Below, one piece after another: positions 29,471-40,317 of a DNA stretch of 64,000 nt (within the stretch, counting starts at the first letter, position 1; every line of letters starts with the position of its first letter). The DNA is from an uncultured Verrucomicrobiae bacterium (lineage in GTDB: Bacteria; Verrucomicrobiota; Verrucomicrobiia; Chthoniobacterales; UBA10450), in the NCBI GenBank assembly GCA_963772365.1, contig CAVYXA010000003.1, positions 1 to 64,000 of the forward strand, given 5' to 3'. The notes beneath the pieces were generated by a model. That model saw only the letters and a program-made list of their open reading frames with translations, was not told where the DNA came from and did not search any database. A program made the translations under genes and the position numbers.

Positions 29471-29934
29471 ACGCTTTCAATCCGGAATGTGTAGCAACCG
29501 CGGGTTGCACTGCGCGCATCGACGAAAGCAGCCTTTGGATTTTGCAGGAGCTTTTCAATCACAGCTTCCGGTTCGCTGCCATTGACGATTTCCGCATCGA
29601 TCATGTTGTAATCTGCATCATAAGCGCGAAAGGCGCGACCTTCGCGAAAGTCCCCGGGATATTCGCGCTCCGCTTCATAACGCGCGCATTGCGTAGCGTG
29701 GACAAAGATCGGCCCCGTCTCCGAATAAGGATGGCCGCCGGGGATTGATTCGTAGGGGAAGAGGATCATCTGTTCACCAGGCTTTGCCCAGCGGAGACAA
29801 TGCCGGCAAGGGAACGAGTTCGGCGAATCTGTGATGACCAGAGTATGATCTCGCGCTCCCACAGCCGCCTTCTGTCGGGCTTCCGCTGCGACTCCCGTGC
29901 GCAGCGGGATGATCTTGAATTGCCAAATTTTCAT
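29467..29934 (-). CDS. DUF1203 family protein
   Basis: PCRHCL, PYSETGPIFVH and RGCYTF motifs. Confidence 0.85.
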   Translation of the reverse strand: MKIWQFKIIPLRTGVAAEARQKAAVGARDHTLVITDSPNSFPCRHCLRWAKPGEQMILFPYESIPGGHPYSETGPIFVHATQCARYEAEREYPGDFREGRAFRAYDADYNMIDAEIVNGSEPEAVIEKLLQNPKAAFVDARSATRGCYTFRIESV

Positions 29935-30015
29935 GTGCGTAACTAAACGCACCTTGATCCGTTGCGCATCGTCGGAATTCGGGCACCGAATTCGTCTTCG
30001 CAAACGCTGGCCAAC

Positions 30016-30348
30016 TTACTCCCGCCTTTGCTTCTCTACGAGATGGCGCAGTTGACGCTCCATGGTTTTGAAAGCGTCGTGAACAACTTTTTTTAGCGGT
30101 TCGTGTGAACCGTTGTCCTTTTGCTGTTCGTCGGCTACGAGTTCGTGCCTCGGTCTGACCGTGACGTCGATGCGACAGCGGTACGGATTACCCTTCTGGT
30201 GAGTGTGGTTAGTGAGTTCGATTGCCACGTCGCATCGATTAATGTGATCGCAAAATTTTTCCAGACGTGCGGCATAATCGAGAACCATGTTGTCGATAGC
30301 GTCGGATTTCTCGACACCGCGATAGGTGATGTTTACAGGGAGTTCCAT
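30016..30348 (-). CDS. HPF/RaiA family ribosome-associated protein
   Basis: ITYRGVEKSDAI, CDVAIE, YRCRIDVTV and DAFKTMERQL motifs. Confidence 0.85.
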   Translation of the reverse strand: MELPVNITYRGVEKSDAIDNMVLDYAARLEKFCDHINRCDVAIELTNHTHQKGNPYRCRIDVTVRPRHELVADEQQKDNGSHEPLKKVVHDAFKTMERQLRHLVEKQRRE

Positions 30349-30413
30349 ACTGAGGAACACTACCCCATTAGTCGGAGACCGTGCGAATAAAAAAACGCGG
30401 CGCTTCCCCGCGG

Positions 30414-30878
30414 TTAGATCTGCCTCAACGAGCGAAAATGTGAAACCAATTTGGCCGGTTCGGTTTTGACCAGGTCGGATTTCACATGCTCGACAATTCG
30501 GTTGCGTACCGGCGGAGACAGAAGATCGACAATCGCACCGTGGATTTCCGGCGGTGCCGCAAACGACCAGCCTTCTTTTCCGGAATCGGCGACAATTTTT
30601 TCAATTTGATCGGCCAGCTGCTTGTGAATGCGGCGATCGGTTTCCGTTTCCCATTGGGTGCGTTCGGCGATGGAATTTGCGTGGCGCCCACCCGCGCCAT
30701 CGCTTACGGGAAATCGACCCGCCAGGTCTGTAACTTTATCCGCAAGCCGGCCGTGAGCGTCGGTCAAGTTGAGCGACTGAACAAGTTGCAGGCTGGGACC
30801 GCGAGTCGGCGTTTCGTTTACTCGATAAGCTTTCAGGCTGCCGCGATCTGCCACGATAACGAGTGAACTTGGTGTCAT
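30414..30878 (-). CDS. Host attachment family protein (AtsE/baeRF-like)
   Basis: IVADRG, TDLAGRF, FAAPP and KSDLVK motifs. Confidence 0.75.
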   Translation of the reverse strand: MTPSSLVIVADRGSLKAYRVNETPTRGPSLQLVQSLNLTDAHGRLADKVTDLAGRFPVSDGAGGRHANSIAERTQWETETDRRIHKQLADQIEKIVADSGKEGWSFAAPPEIHGAIVDLLSPPVRNRIVEHVKSDLVKTEPAKLVSHFRSLRQI

Positions 30879-31013
30879 AAAAACATTAAAACAATTTGGA
30901 TTTTCTCTCTGCCGCGAGACCGCCGTTCGGACAATCTGAACGTGAAAACATTTCTAACATAAAATCGTTTTCGGAGGCGCATTCGCGTCCATCAGTCGGC
31001 TTTCAGCCTTAGT

Positions 31014-33240
31014 TTAATCAGCATTTTCGTTTTGAGCGTTTTCTGCCTGGTGCGGAAGCTCCACATGCCGCTTCTTCCATGATTCTCGCCTGGCTTGTTC
31101 CTGCCGGCCGCCGATCAGTTTCAATAGACAAGCCGCCCGTGGCCCAACATCGACGTCGTCACCGGAGGCGCATTTTCGGGGTTGGACAAAACCAGCCGGA
31201 TCCATGGTGTCGAGGATCAGTTCCCATTCCAAATGCTCTTCGCCCGGAAGCACAAAGGGAATCGGTTCGTGATGCGCATTCACCAGAAATAAAAACGTTT
31301 CATCCCGAATCGGCTGCCGTTCAAAGTCGACGACGTCTTCCGTATCTCCGCTGAGGAGTATGCCTAGAGAACGCACAAGTGGCGATACCCATTCTTCGTC
31401 GCTCATTTCTTCGCCGCCGGGATTGAACCACATCACATCCTTGATCTCGGAGCCGCGCACTCTTCGCCCGCGGAAGAATTTCGGCCGGCGGAAAACGGGA
31501 TGTTCGTAACGGAGGCGAATTAATTTTTTCGTAAACTCAAGGAGCCGGCCCTGCCTTTCATCGCGTTGCCAGTTGATCCAACTAATTTCGTTGTCCTGGC
31601 AATAGGCGTTGTTGTTTCCATTTTGCGTTCGCCCTAATTCGTCGCCGCCGCAGAGCATTGGCACACCTTGCGAAAGAAACAGCGTAGTCAGAAAATTTCG
31701 CTGTTGGCGTTCGCGCAAGGCATTGATCTCGGGATCATCGGTGGGGCCTTCCGCGCCGCAATTCCAGGAATGGTTGTTGTTATCTCCATCTCGATTTTCT
31801 TCGCCGTTGGCCTCGTTGTGTTTTTCGTTGTAGCTGACCAGATCGTTCAACGTGAACCCATCGTGAACAGAAACGAAATTGATGCTGGCTGCTGGCTGCC
31901 GCCCATCGTGTTCGTAAAGATCCGGGCTGCCGGTAAATCGATAGGCCAGTTTTCCAATACGGCCCTCATCGCCCCGCCAGAAACGACGGATCGTGTCCCG
32001 ATATTTCCCGTTCCATTCCGACCATGGCGCGGGAAAATTCCCGACCTGATAACCTCCGTCTCCCACATCCCACGGTTCTGCGATTAGTTTCACTTGCGAT
32101 AAGATCGGGTCCTGCCGGATCACTTTAAAGAAACCATGGAACTTGTTTACGCCCGTGCCGTCGCGTGCGAGTGCCGGAGCCAGATCAAACCGGAACCCAT
32201 CGACACGCATTTCGTTCACCCAATAGCGCAGGCTATCCATTACCATTTGCAAGGTGCGGGAATGCAGCGTGTCGAGGGTGTTGCCCGTACCGGTGAAATC
32301 GAGATAGAATCGCGGATTGTCTGACAGCAATCGATAATAAGAAACATTGTCGATCCCACGGAAACAAAGAGTCGGCCCGAGCCGGTTGCCTTCCGCGGTA
32401 TGATTGTAAACGACGTCGAGAATCACCTCGAGCTCGGCAGCGTGCAACGCGCGCACCATGGATTTAAACTCCATCACTTGCTGGCCTAATTGCCCGCTGC
32501 TGGAATAATCGCCCTGCGGCGCAAAAAAACCGATCGTGTTGTATCCCCAATAATTTGTCAGGCCACGGTCAATCAGCGCTTTGTCATTTATGTGCGCGTG
32601 CACTGGCAAAAGTTCCACTGCCGTGGCGCCGAGATTCTTGAAATAAGCAATTGCAGCATCGCTGCCCAGCCCGGCGTAAGTACCGCGTAACTGTTCCGGA
32701 ACGTCGGGCCAAAGTTTCGTAAATCCTTTGACGTGGATCTCGTAAATGACCGATTGATTCAGCGGCGTGCCGGGTTTTCGATCATCGCCCCAGTCGAATG
32801 CATTATCGATTACGACGGATTTCGGCATTCCGCCGGCGTCATCTCGTAAATCGGCCGCCAAATCCTCCTTTTCGTTCCCGACGACGTAGGCAAACATTTC
32901 GTCGCCCCAATGGACGTTTCCGGTGATTGCTTTGGCGTACAGGATCGATCAGCAATTTCGCATTATTGAAACGCATTCCATGTTCAGGATCGTACGGTCC
33001 GGAAATGCGATATCCATATAGCTGACCTGGCCGGGCCTCGGGCAGAAAAACATGCCAGACGTGATCGCTGCTTTCGGTGATGGGTATTCGCACGATCTCC
33101 TGAGAGGCGTCCGGTCGATCAAACAAACAAAGATCGACAGTCGCAGCATGTTCGGAAAACAACGCGAAGTTGACGCCATTGCCCATCCACGTCGCGCCAA
33201 GCGGATAGGGATGCCCGAGCCAGGTTCTCACCGAAGTCAT
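31014..33240 (-). CDS. glgX: Glycogen debranching enzyme (frameshift near 32935)
   Basis: GHPYPLGA, NYWGYNT, DGFRFDLA, IAEPWD and NAYCQDNEISW motifs. Confidence 0.93.
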
Positions 33241-33427
33241 AAACGCGCGCAATCCTATGCACGCGCGAGTGCGCGTTAGCAAGGGCATGAGCAGAATTCG
33301 AAAGATTCTGCACTTTGAACAGCAAACGATTTGATTAATTACGCCTCGCGCTTCCTCTGTCGCTTTCAGCTTGTGGAGCGAGCGCTTGAGCCACACATTT
33401 CTACGGATTCTTGATCCTGTTTCTGAT

Positions 33428-33991
33428 ATGCGATTTCTCGATCCATTTTGGCTGGGTATCATTTACGGTTTATCCGAGCTGTATCTTGCCTTCACCCGGC
33501 GCTCTCGCTCCAATGTTCCGTCGCGAGACCGGCGCTCGCTAATTGTGCTCTGGGTTGTGATTGTAATAAGCATCTTCGTAGCGATTCAAATGGTCTGGCT
33601 CGTGCGGGGCGCTGCTCTGCCGGCTCCCGGAGGTTTTTATATTTTTGGGTTTATTCTGTTTCTCGGCGGGCTGATTTTGCGTTGGTACTCGATCGGTTAT
33701 CTCGGCCGCTATTTCACTGTTAACGTGGCCATCGATCCGGAACATGAGGTGATCGATTCCGGCCCCTATCGCCATGTCCGCCATCCTTCCTACACCGGAG
33801 CGCTCCTGGCCTTTATCGGATTCGGTTTTTGCCTTGGCAATTGGTTGTCGATCCTGTTTCTCACTGTCCCGGTCGTCGCCGCCTTTCTGTGGCGGATTCG
33901 AATCGAGGAAAGCGCGTTGCTCGAAGCGCTCGGCCAGGATTACCGCGACTATATGCGGCGCACGAAACGTTTGATTCCGTTGGTTTATTAG
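33428..33991 (+). CDS. Isoprenylcysteine carboxylmethyltransferase family protein
   Basis: GPYRHVRHPSYTG and RIRIEE motifs. Confidence 0.88.
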   Translation: MRFLDPFWLGIIYGLSELYLAFTRRSRSNVPSRDRRSLIVLWVVIVISIFVAIQMVWLVRGAALPAPGGFYIFGFILFLGGLILRWYSIGYLGRYFTVNVAIDPEHEVIDSGPYRHVRHPSYTGALLAFIGFGFCLGNWLSILFLTVPVVAAFLWRIRIEESALLEALGQDYRDYMRRTKRLIPLVY

Positions 33992-34009
33992 GGGCCGGGC
34001 TCGAAATCG

Positions 34010-34546
34010 TTAACGAACGCCTGCCAGTTCCTGCTCGTGTGGAAGCGGAGGCTTGGTCTTGTCCCGTTTGAGGACAAGGTACAAAAACCAAACGATAAAG
34101 CAGTTCACGAAGAGAATTACCGCTCCGGCGATTCCTGGCCTGTGCCACAAGTGACGTACTTCGAGCGGGATCAACGCGGCCGTGGCAAAAATCATCAGGA
34201 ACTCGGCCCAGCGTTTCTGCATGTAAACACCGATTCCTTCGGTAAAGAGCACGCCGGAATAAAACAGAGCCAGGGAAGCTGTCGCGACCAGCGCACCACC
34301 CGCCAGCATCGCTTGAACTTTATTGAGTAGAAAGATAACCGCTCTGCTGTGCTCGAGCAGGATTTCGTCACCCGCCCAATTGGAAATTGCATCCAGCCAC
34401 CGTGTTCGGCTATTCAGGAATAGTAGCGAAAATCCAAGCACCAGCAGCAGGATCGCTTTACCGATTTTAAACAGCGCGATCAGCTTGAGATAGCGAACCC
34501 GGCGTGCGCCTTCCAGAATAGCAAGCTCGTGCGCGCGTTGGCTCAT
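34010..34546 (-). CDS. DUF2127 membrane protein
   Basis: IALFKIGKA, EGIGVY..KRWAE and IPLEV motifs. Confidence 0.8.
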   Translation of the reverse strand: MSQRAHELAILEGARRVRYLKLIALFKIGKAILLLVLGFSLLFLNSRTRWLDAISNWAGDEILLEHSRAVIFLLNKVQAMLAGGALVATASLALFYSGVLFTEGIGVYMQKRWAEFLMIFATAALIPLEVRHLWHRPGIAGAVILFVNCFIVWFLYLVLKRDKTKPPLPHEQELAGVR

Positions 34547-34569
34547 TATCCATTCTTTGCCGAAGTGGA

Positions 34570-34974
34570 CTATTCCGCAATCACTGGATTTTCGCGGCAG
34601 CAGATTTCCAGCTTGTTGCCGTCCGGGTCCTCGAAGAAGCAAGCGTAATATCCGCGACTGTAGGCACGACAGAGCTCCGGGCCCTCAAGATTCTGGCCGC
34701 CGATTTTCTTGACCAATTTGGCAATGCGATCCACACCAGCGCGCGTGTCCGCCCAGAATGCAATGCGCGTCCCATTCGGTTGATGTTGTCGATCCTGGGT
34801 AAAACCGAAAAATTCCAAAGGCTTATCGGATCCGACGGAATAAAACGTGGCCCATTTTCCCGCGGAACGGTTGCAGGTGAAGCCGAGAGCCGGCAGAAGC
34901 TTTTCGTAAAATTTCATCGCCTGCCGAAAATCTTTTACTCGCAAATCAATGTGATCGAAGCGTCGCGTTTTCAT
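34570..34974 (-). CDS. VOC/glyoxalase family protein
   Basis: FDHIDLRV and YYACFFEDPDGNKLE motifs. Confidence 0.9.
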   Translation of the reverse strand: MKTRRFDHIDLRVKDFRQAMKFYEKLLPALGFTCNRSAGKWATFYSVGSDKPLEFFGFTQDRQHQPNGTRIAFWADTRAGVDRIAKLVKKIGGQNLEGPELCRAYSRGYYACFFEDPDGNKLEICCRENPVIAE

Positions 34975-35381
34975 TTATCTCTTGTTCGATTTTCTCGCCG
35001 AATCATCAATTTCAATCCTGACCAGGTCTCATCGACAGCGCACACCTTTACATCCACGAATCCCAGCGGCAGCGCAACCGCGCGGATTACGTCCTCGGTT
35101 ACATCGGTCGGAACGCGGGACGATTTTTTCGGCCAGGAAACCCAGACCACTCCACTCTCGGCAATCATAGCGCGCAAATTTTTCAGTTCCTGTGCCAGCT
35201 CTACGCGACGGCTCGTGAAGAAATGAACGAAATCGGCGCCATCTTTCGGCCTTGAAAGAAACGTGATTTCTCTTGCGGCGCGGCCAAGCAATTTTCGATA
35301 GTCAGGCGGTTCGTTGATGACAACCACCTTTTCCTTGATCCCAAGCTTTTTCGCGAGCGGTGTACCCGAGTAACCGGCCAT
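34971..35381 (-). CDS. DUF3052 family protein
   Basis: GYSGTPLAKKLGIK, WVSWPKK and VDVKVCAVDETWSGLK motifs. Confidence 0.85.
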   Translation of the reverse strand: MAGYSGTPLAKKLGIKEKVVVINEPPDYRKLLGRAAREITFLSRPKDGADFVHFFTSRRVELAQELKNLRAMIAESGVVWVSWPKKSSRVPTDVTEDVIRAVALPLGFVDVKVCAVDETWSGLKLMIRRENRTRDK

Positions 35382-35440
35382 GCCGAACTGCTTACCGGCT
35401 GGGTCGGTATTTGCAACAATGCCTGGGCGATGCGACTGCG

Positions 35441-36304
35441 ATGAAATTGCCTGTGCGAATTAGGATCGACATCTTCTCGTGCGTTGCGCTCCTGTTTCTT
35501 TTTTGTTCCGGATGCCGCCACCGGGACAATGCCGTCTCAGGGACCATTGAAATGGATGAGGTCCACGTCGGTCCGCGAGTCGGCGGACGTGTAGAAAAAA
35601 TTTTCGCATGGGAAGGAACTCATTTGCGGAAGGGAGAGCCGATCGTCGAGCTGGAAGCATCCGAGCTAAGAGCACGGCGTGATTTGGCGGAGGCGCAAAT
35701 CAACACCGCCATTCAGGATTCTCAGGCGACCGCCGCTCAACTCGATTTCCTGCGCGATGAAGCCAAGCGTCAACAGGATTTGCTCAAACGAAAAGTAGTT
35801 TCGCCGAGCGACGCTCAGCGGGCGGAAATGAGCGCGAAAGCGGAAGAAAAAAATCTCGAGGCGGCCCAGATGCGGATTACGCAGGCGCGGGCGCAGTTGG
35901 CCGATATCGATGCCCAACTGGCTGAGATGCAGATCGTGGCGCCAGCCGATTCCATTCTGGAAGTGTTGAGCGTCCGGGTCGGCGATGTGATTCCGGCGAA
36001 TCGAGAAGTCGCGACGCTTCTCCTGCCGCAACATCTTTGGGTCCGGGTTTATGTTCCCGAACCATGGCTGGGCCGGATTCGGATCGGCGAACATGTCCGC
36101 GTGCGCGTCGATTCTTTTCGCGGTGTGGATTTCGATGGCGTGGTCGAGCAAATAAATCGTCAGGCCGAATTCACGCCGCGCAACGTACAAACGGTCTCAG
36201 ACCGGATTCGTCAGGTCTTCGGAGTGAAAATTCGTTTACCGAGCAACGATCCACGTCTCCGCGCGGGCATGGCGGCCGACGCATATTTTCCAAACGTGGA
36301 ATGA
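35441..36304 (+). CDS. HlyD-family periplasmic adaptor (YbhG-like)
   Basis: SGTIE and AEFTPRNVQT motifs. Confidence 0.88.
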   Translation: MKLPVRIRIDIFSCVALLFLFCSGCRHRDNAVSGTIEMDEVHVGPRVGGRVEKIFAWEGTHLRKGEPIVELEASELRARRDLAEAQINTAIQDSQATAAQLDFLRDEAKRQQDLLKRKVVSPSDAQRAEMSAKAEEKNLEAAQMRITQARAQLADIDAQLAEMQIVAPADSILEVLSVRVGDVIPANREVATLLLPQHLWVRVYVPEPWLGRIRIGEHVRVRVDSFRGVDFDGVVEQINRQAEFTPRNVQTVSDRIRQVFGVKIRLPSNDPRLRAGMAADAYFPNVE

Positions 36305-36305
36305 C

Positions 36306-37268
36306 ATGGAACCGATGATCGAATGCGACGGACTGACGAAACGTTTCGGGACGTTTACCGCTGTCGATCATGTGTCGTTTTCCGTCGGCAAGGGATCGAT
36401 CTTCGGATTTCTTGGGCCGAATGGCTCGGGCAAATCGACCGTGATTCGGATGTTGTGCGGAATTTTGGAGCCGAGCGAAGGCACGGCGCGAATCGGTGGC
36501 CACGATATCGTCCGCGAGATCGAACCGATCAAGGAAATGATCGGCTATATGTCGCAGCAATTTTCTCTCTATGACGAGCTCACTACTAATGAGAACCTGA
36601 TCTTTGCCGGAAAACTTTATGGGCTAAGTGGTCGCAAGCTCACAGAACGCCGCGATGAAATGATCGCTACCACGCATCTCGAACCGTACATCAACAGGCG
36701 GGCCGGCTTACTCTCCGGAGGATGGCGCCAGCGTCTGGCCATGGCCTGTTCGCTCATGCATCACCCAACGGTTCTTTTTCTGGACGAACCGACTGCCGGG
36801 ATCGACCCGGTCGCGCGACGCGAGCTTTGGGATTTGCTTTTCAAATTTGCCGGCGAAGGCATGACCCTTTTCGTTACCACTCATTACATGGATGAAGCCG
36901 AACGCTGCGATCACGTCGGCTACATTTACATGTCGAAGCTAATCGTCTGCGGCGAACCGGATGAATTGAAAAGCATGCCGGAAGTTACGCCATCGGGAAC
37001 GCGACGTCTCGATGTGACATGCGATCATGTGACAACTGCCTTGCGCGCCATGCAGGAGCTCGATGGTGTTCGCAGTGCCACAGTTTTCGGTCAATCCATG
37101 CACCTTCTGGTCGACGAAAGCGTGTCTCGCGCGCAGATCGATGAGAAATTGCACAGCGTGGGCATCTCACAAGCCGAGATTCACGAGATCGGTCCGTCGC
37201 TGGAAGATGTATTCGTTACCTTGAGCGCGAAATATGCCGGCGAGAAGACCGGACAGAAAGCAGCCTGA
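36306..37268 (+). CDS. ABC transporter ATP-binding protein (YbhF-like)
   Basis: GPNGSGKST, LSGGWRQR, DEPTAGIDP and TTHYMDEAE motifs. Confidence 0.92.
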   Translation: MEPMIECDGLTKRFGTFTAVDHVSFSVGKGSIFGFLGPNGSGKSTVIRMLCGILEPSEGTARIGGHDIVREIEPIKEMIGYMSQQFSLYDELTTNENLIFAGKLYGLSGRKLTERRDEMIATTHLEPYINRRAGLLSGGWRQRLAMACSLMHHPTVLFLDEPTAGIDPVARRELWDLLFKFAGEGMTLFVTTHYMDEAERCDHVGYIYMSKLIVCGEPDELKSMPEVTPSGTRRLDVTCDHVTTALRAMQELDGVRSATVFGQSMHLLVDESVSRAQIDEKLHSVGISQAEIHEIGPSLEDVFVTLSAKYAGEKTGQKAA

Positions 37269-37295
37269 AGGCGTCGATTACGCAGCCCTCGCATT

Positions 37296-37407
37296 CCGCC
37301 TCTCCTCCTTGTAGCAAGGAGAGAGGATTGAGGTGAGGGTTCTTAAAGATAGAAAAATCAAAGTCATCAACCCTTACCTACCTTCTCCCTTGGGAAGGGA
37401 GAGGCGA
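37296..37407. repeat. Intergenic CTCTCCC/GGGAGAGG palindromic doublet (same family as the alr insert)
   Basis: CGCCTCTCCTCCTT...GAGGTGAGGGT and CCCTTACC...TCTCCCTTGGGAAGGGAGAGGCG. Confidence 0.7.
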
Positions 37408-37457
37408 AGCACGATGAATCCATTACACTAGCTGGCGAAGCGCTCTCCCAGGTAGCA

Positions 37458-38795
37458 TCACCAGCTCAAAAAACGCAGGGCTAAGTCGCGCCTGCTGATT
37501 TTTCCGCGCTCGTTCGTGGGGATTTGATCGACAATGAAAATCCGTTTTGGCGTTTGCCAGCCGCTCAAACTGGTCCGGCAAAATTCGATTAGATCATTCT
37601 CGCGAACGTCAACATCCGTCACTACACAGGCGACGACTTCTTCGTTTCGCAACGCCGATTGCCTCCCAAAGACGATTGCCTGACGCACGCCCCCGAAAAG
37701 GAGTAAATGCTCTTCTATTTCAGCCGGATTCACTTTCTTGCCGGCTACATTGATCATATCCGAAATCCGGCCAACGATTCGGAATCCGGTTGCGTCACAC
37801 GCGAGCAAATCATCCGGAACAAAAATCCCGTTGCCTAATTTCTCTTCATCCGGCTCGGGAAAATAGCCGTCACCGACAGCCGCACTGCGGACACGAACCT
37901 GACTGGAGGACGCAGTAGTATCGACAATTTCAAGATCGACGGTTTTCATTCGCTGACCGACAAATCCTTCGATGTCACTGATTCCCTCGCGGTCGTAACA
38001 AATTCCGCCGCATTCCGACGCACCGTAGAACGAGTGGATCGACAATCCGAATTTCTCCCGGAATTTTTTGGCAACTGCAACCGAAAGCGGAGCGCCCGCG
38101 GAAATACAGAGGCGGAGTTTTGGCAATGCCGGAACCTGGGTCATTTCGCAAAGCGCCTGGTAAAACAGCGGCATTCCGGGAAAAACCGTCGCGCCGGTCC
38201 GGGCGAGATCGACAAGGACGGCTCGCGGTGTTCGGTCCTGGCTAACGACCATCGGCACGCCGCGGGCGATTAGCGGCGTAAGCAGGTTGCTGAACCCGTA
38301 GGAATGTGAAATGGGGATCACCCCGAAATTAAGATCGACATCGGAAATTCCCATGGTGTCACAGATTTGCTCGCAATCGGCCAGGAGTTGTTCGCTGCGA
38401 AATCGAACAAGACGCGGTGTTCCCGTTGTGCCGGAGGTCAATTTAAACAGGACCGGCGGTTTATCTTTCCAATCGAAGACGGCGCTTTTTGCGGCGACCG
38501 AAACCGCCGCATCGGCCTGGTGCTCGCTGATAGATTGATCAATAGGAAGGACAACCTGCTGTTTGCGCAGGGAGGCCAGGAACAGTGATGGCCAGTCTTC
38601 ATGATTCCCGATTCGAATTGCATTTACGTTATGCGGCTTCAGCGCCGGCATTCTTGCTTCTACATCGCGTGCGTGTTTTTCAATTCCACGGAACGTCCGC
38701 AAAACCTCGCCGGCAGTATTGAAAATCGCCGGCGCATCACCTTTTCGGGCGAGCGTTTTTTCCCAGGCCACAAGCAATGCGTCCTGCGATTTCAT
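37458..38795 (-). CDS. AMP-binding acyl-CoA ligase-like protein
   Basis: LTSGTTGTP, FYGASE, GRISDMINVAG and GKISR motifs. Confidence 0.88.
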   Translation of the reverse strand: MKSQDALLVAWEKTLARKGDAPAIFNTAGEVLRTFRGIEKHARDVEARMPALKPHNVNAIRIGNHEDWPSLFLASLRKQQVVLPIDQSISEHQADAAVSVAAKSAVFDWKDKPPVLFKLTSGTTGTPRLVRFRSEQLLADCEQICDTMGISDVDLNFGVIPISHSYGFSNLLTPLIARGVPMVVSQDRTPRAVLVDLARTGATVFPGMPLFYQALCEMTQVPALPKLRLCISAGAPLSVAVAKKFREKFGLSIHSFYGASECGGICYDREGISDIEGFVGQRMKTVDLEIVDTTASSSQVRVRSAAVGDGYFPEPDEEKLGNGIFVPDDLLACDATGFRIVGRISDMINVAGKKVNPAEIEEHLLLFGGVRQAIVFGRQSALRNEEVVACVVTDVDVRENDLIEFCRTSLSGWQTPKRIFIVDQIPTNERGKISRRDLALRFLSW

Positions 38796-38845
38796 GGCTT
38801 GCAACCGTGCGTGGATGCGAGTAAGTTCCGCGCTCCTTTTCGAAC

Positions 38846-39073
38846 ATGAAAACGGGTATCCATCCAGAGTATCACGAGACCGATATCATTTGTGCGTGCG
38901 GGACGGTGTATCATACCCGTTCCACGCGGCGGGATATTAAGATCGGTATTTGTGCCGCTTGTCATCCGTTTTTCACTGGCGAACAAAAGTTCGTCGATAC
39001 CGCCGGGCGCGTCGAGAAATTCGCCAAGCGATACGGCAGCATCAAAGCCGCGCGCGCTAGCAAGAAAGCTTAG
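38846..39073 (+). CDS. rpmE: 50S ribosomal protein L31 (Zn-binding form)
   Basis: IHPEY, CACG and CAACHPFFTG motifs. Confidence 0.96.
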   Translation: MKTGIHPEYHETDIICACGTVYHTRSTRRDIKIGICAACHPFFTGEQKFVDTAGRVEKFAKRYGSIKAARASKKA

Positions 39074-39130
39074 CTGATTCGTCTTCCGGGATGCTGACCT
39101 AAAAGCATTTAGGCCCGGCATTTTTTGTCC

Positions 39131-40234
39131 ATGGACTTCAATTCTCTGATCGAACGGAAACGCGAGCGATTCGACCAACTGGAACGCGAGATCGCCGATC
39201 CGACGCTGTTTTCGAACCGAAAAAGGGCGAGCGAGCTGATGCGGGAGCATGCCAACATCAAACAGTTGCTAGGGAAGTGGGACGAACTGCAGGCTGCTCG
39301 GCGACAGCTGGATGACAATCGCGAGCTGGCCATGTCGCGCGATGTCGAGATTGCGGCCATGGCGGACGATGAAATCCCGGACTTGGAAAAGCGCGTGGCC
39401 GACCTCGAGCGCGATGTTCAGATCGCATTGCTGCCGCCGGATGAGAACGAAGAGCGCGATGCCATTGTGGAAATCCGCGCCGGCACGGGCGGGAGCGAAG
39501 CTGCCATTTTCGCTGCTGATCTTTACCGGATGTATCATCGTTACGCCGAAGCGAACGGATTGAAAACGGAAGACCTCGAACTGAGTCCATCCGAGCTCGG
39601 CGGATTGAAGGAAACGATTTTTCGAGTTTCTGGCGAATCGGTATTTCGGAAGCTGCGTTATGAAAGCGGGGTGCACCGCGTTCAACGCGTCCCGGCCACG
39701 GAAGCGCAGGGGCGCATTCACACATCCACGGCGACGGTAGCGGTTTTGCCGGAAGCGGAAGATGTCGATGTGGAATTGAAGCCCGAAGATTTGCGCATTG
39801 AAGTTTCACGCGCCGGCGGCCCTGGCGGGCAGGGCGTCAATACAACCGATTCCGCCGTGCAGGTTCTGCACATTCCGACGAACACTATTGTTCGTTGTCA
39901 GGATGGCCGCAGTCAGTTGAAAAATAAAGAGCGCGCGTTATCGATCCTGCGGGCCCGATTACTGGAGCGAAAGCAGAATGAGGAAGCCGAGAAATATAGT
40001 GCGCAACGGCGTGGGCAAATCGGAACCGGCGGGCGCGAAGAGAAGATCCGCACCTACAATTTCCCGCAGAATCGAATCACCGATCATCGAATCGGACTCA
40101 CGCTTTATAACCTCGATCGCGTGATCGACGGCAACCTTGGTGAATTGATCCAGTCCCTGCAAGCAGCAGATTTGGCCGAGCGACTGAAGGAATCTGCAAC
40201 ACAAGTAACACCAGTTTCCCAACCGGCGACGTGA
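39131..40234 (+). CDS. prfA: Peptide chain release factor 1
   Basis: GGQ motif, PAT specificity loop and RTYNFPQNR. Confidence 0.96.
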   Translation: MDFNSLIERKRERFDQLEREIADPTLFSNRKRASELMREHANIKQLLGKWDELQAARRQLDDNRELAMSRDVEIAAMADDEIPDLEKRVADLERDVQIALLPPDENEERDAIVEIRAGTGGSEAAIFAADLYRMYHRYAEANGLKTEDLELSPSELGGLKETIFRVSGESVFRKLRYESGVHRVQRVPATEAQGRIHTSTATVAVLPEAEDVDVELKPEDLRIEVSRAGGPGGQGVNTTDSAVQVLHIPTNTIVRCQDGRSQLKNKERALSILRARLLERKQNEEAEKYSAQRRGQIGTGGREEKIRTYNFPQNRITDHRIGLTLYNLDRVIDGNLGELIQSLQAADLAERLKESATQVTPVSQPAT

Positions 40235-40317
40235 AGGGGACGGCTGGAAGTCGTCAGGCGTTTGGGTCGCGTTCAAAACACCATTGCGTGCGGCGGGTTG
40301 ATTTGTTACAACGCGAC

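Noticed and set aside
32925..32945. Programmed frameshift in glgX
   Set aside because: No slippery site is evident, and indel errors are common in this sequence.
22520..35000. tRNA-integrated island or prophage
   Set aside because: No integrase, no phage genes and no duplicated tRNA 3' end were seen.
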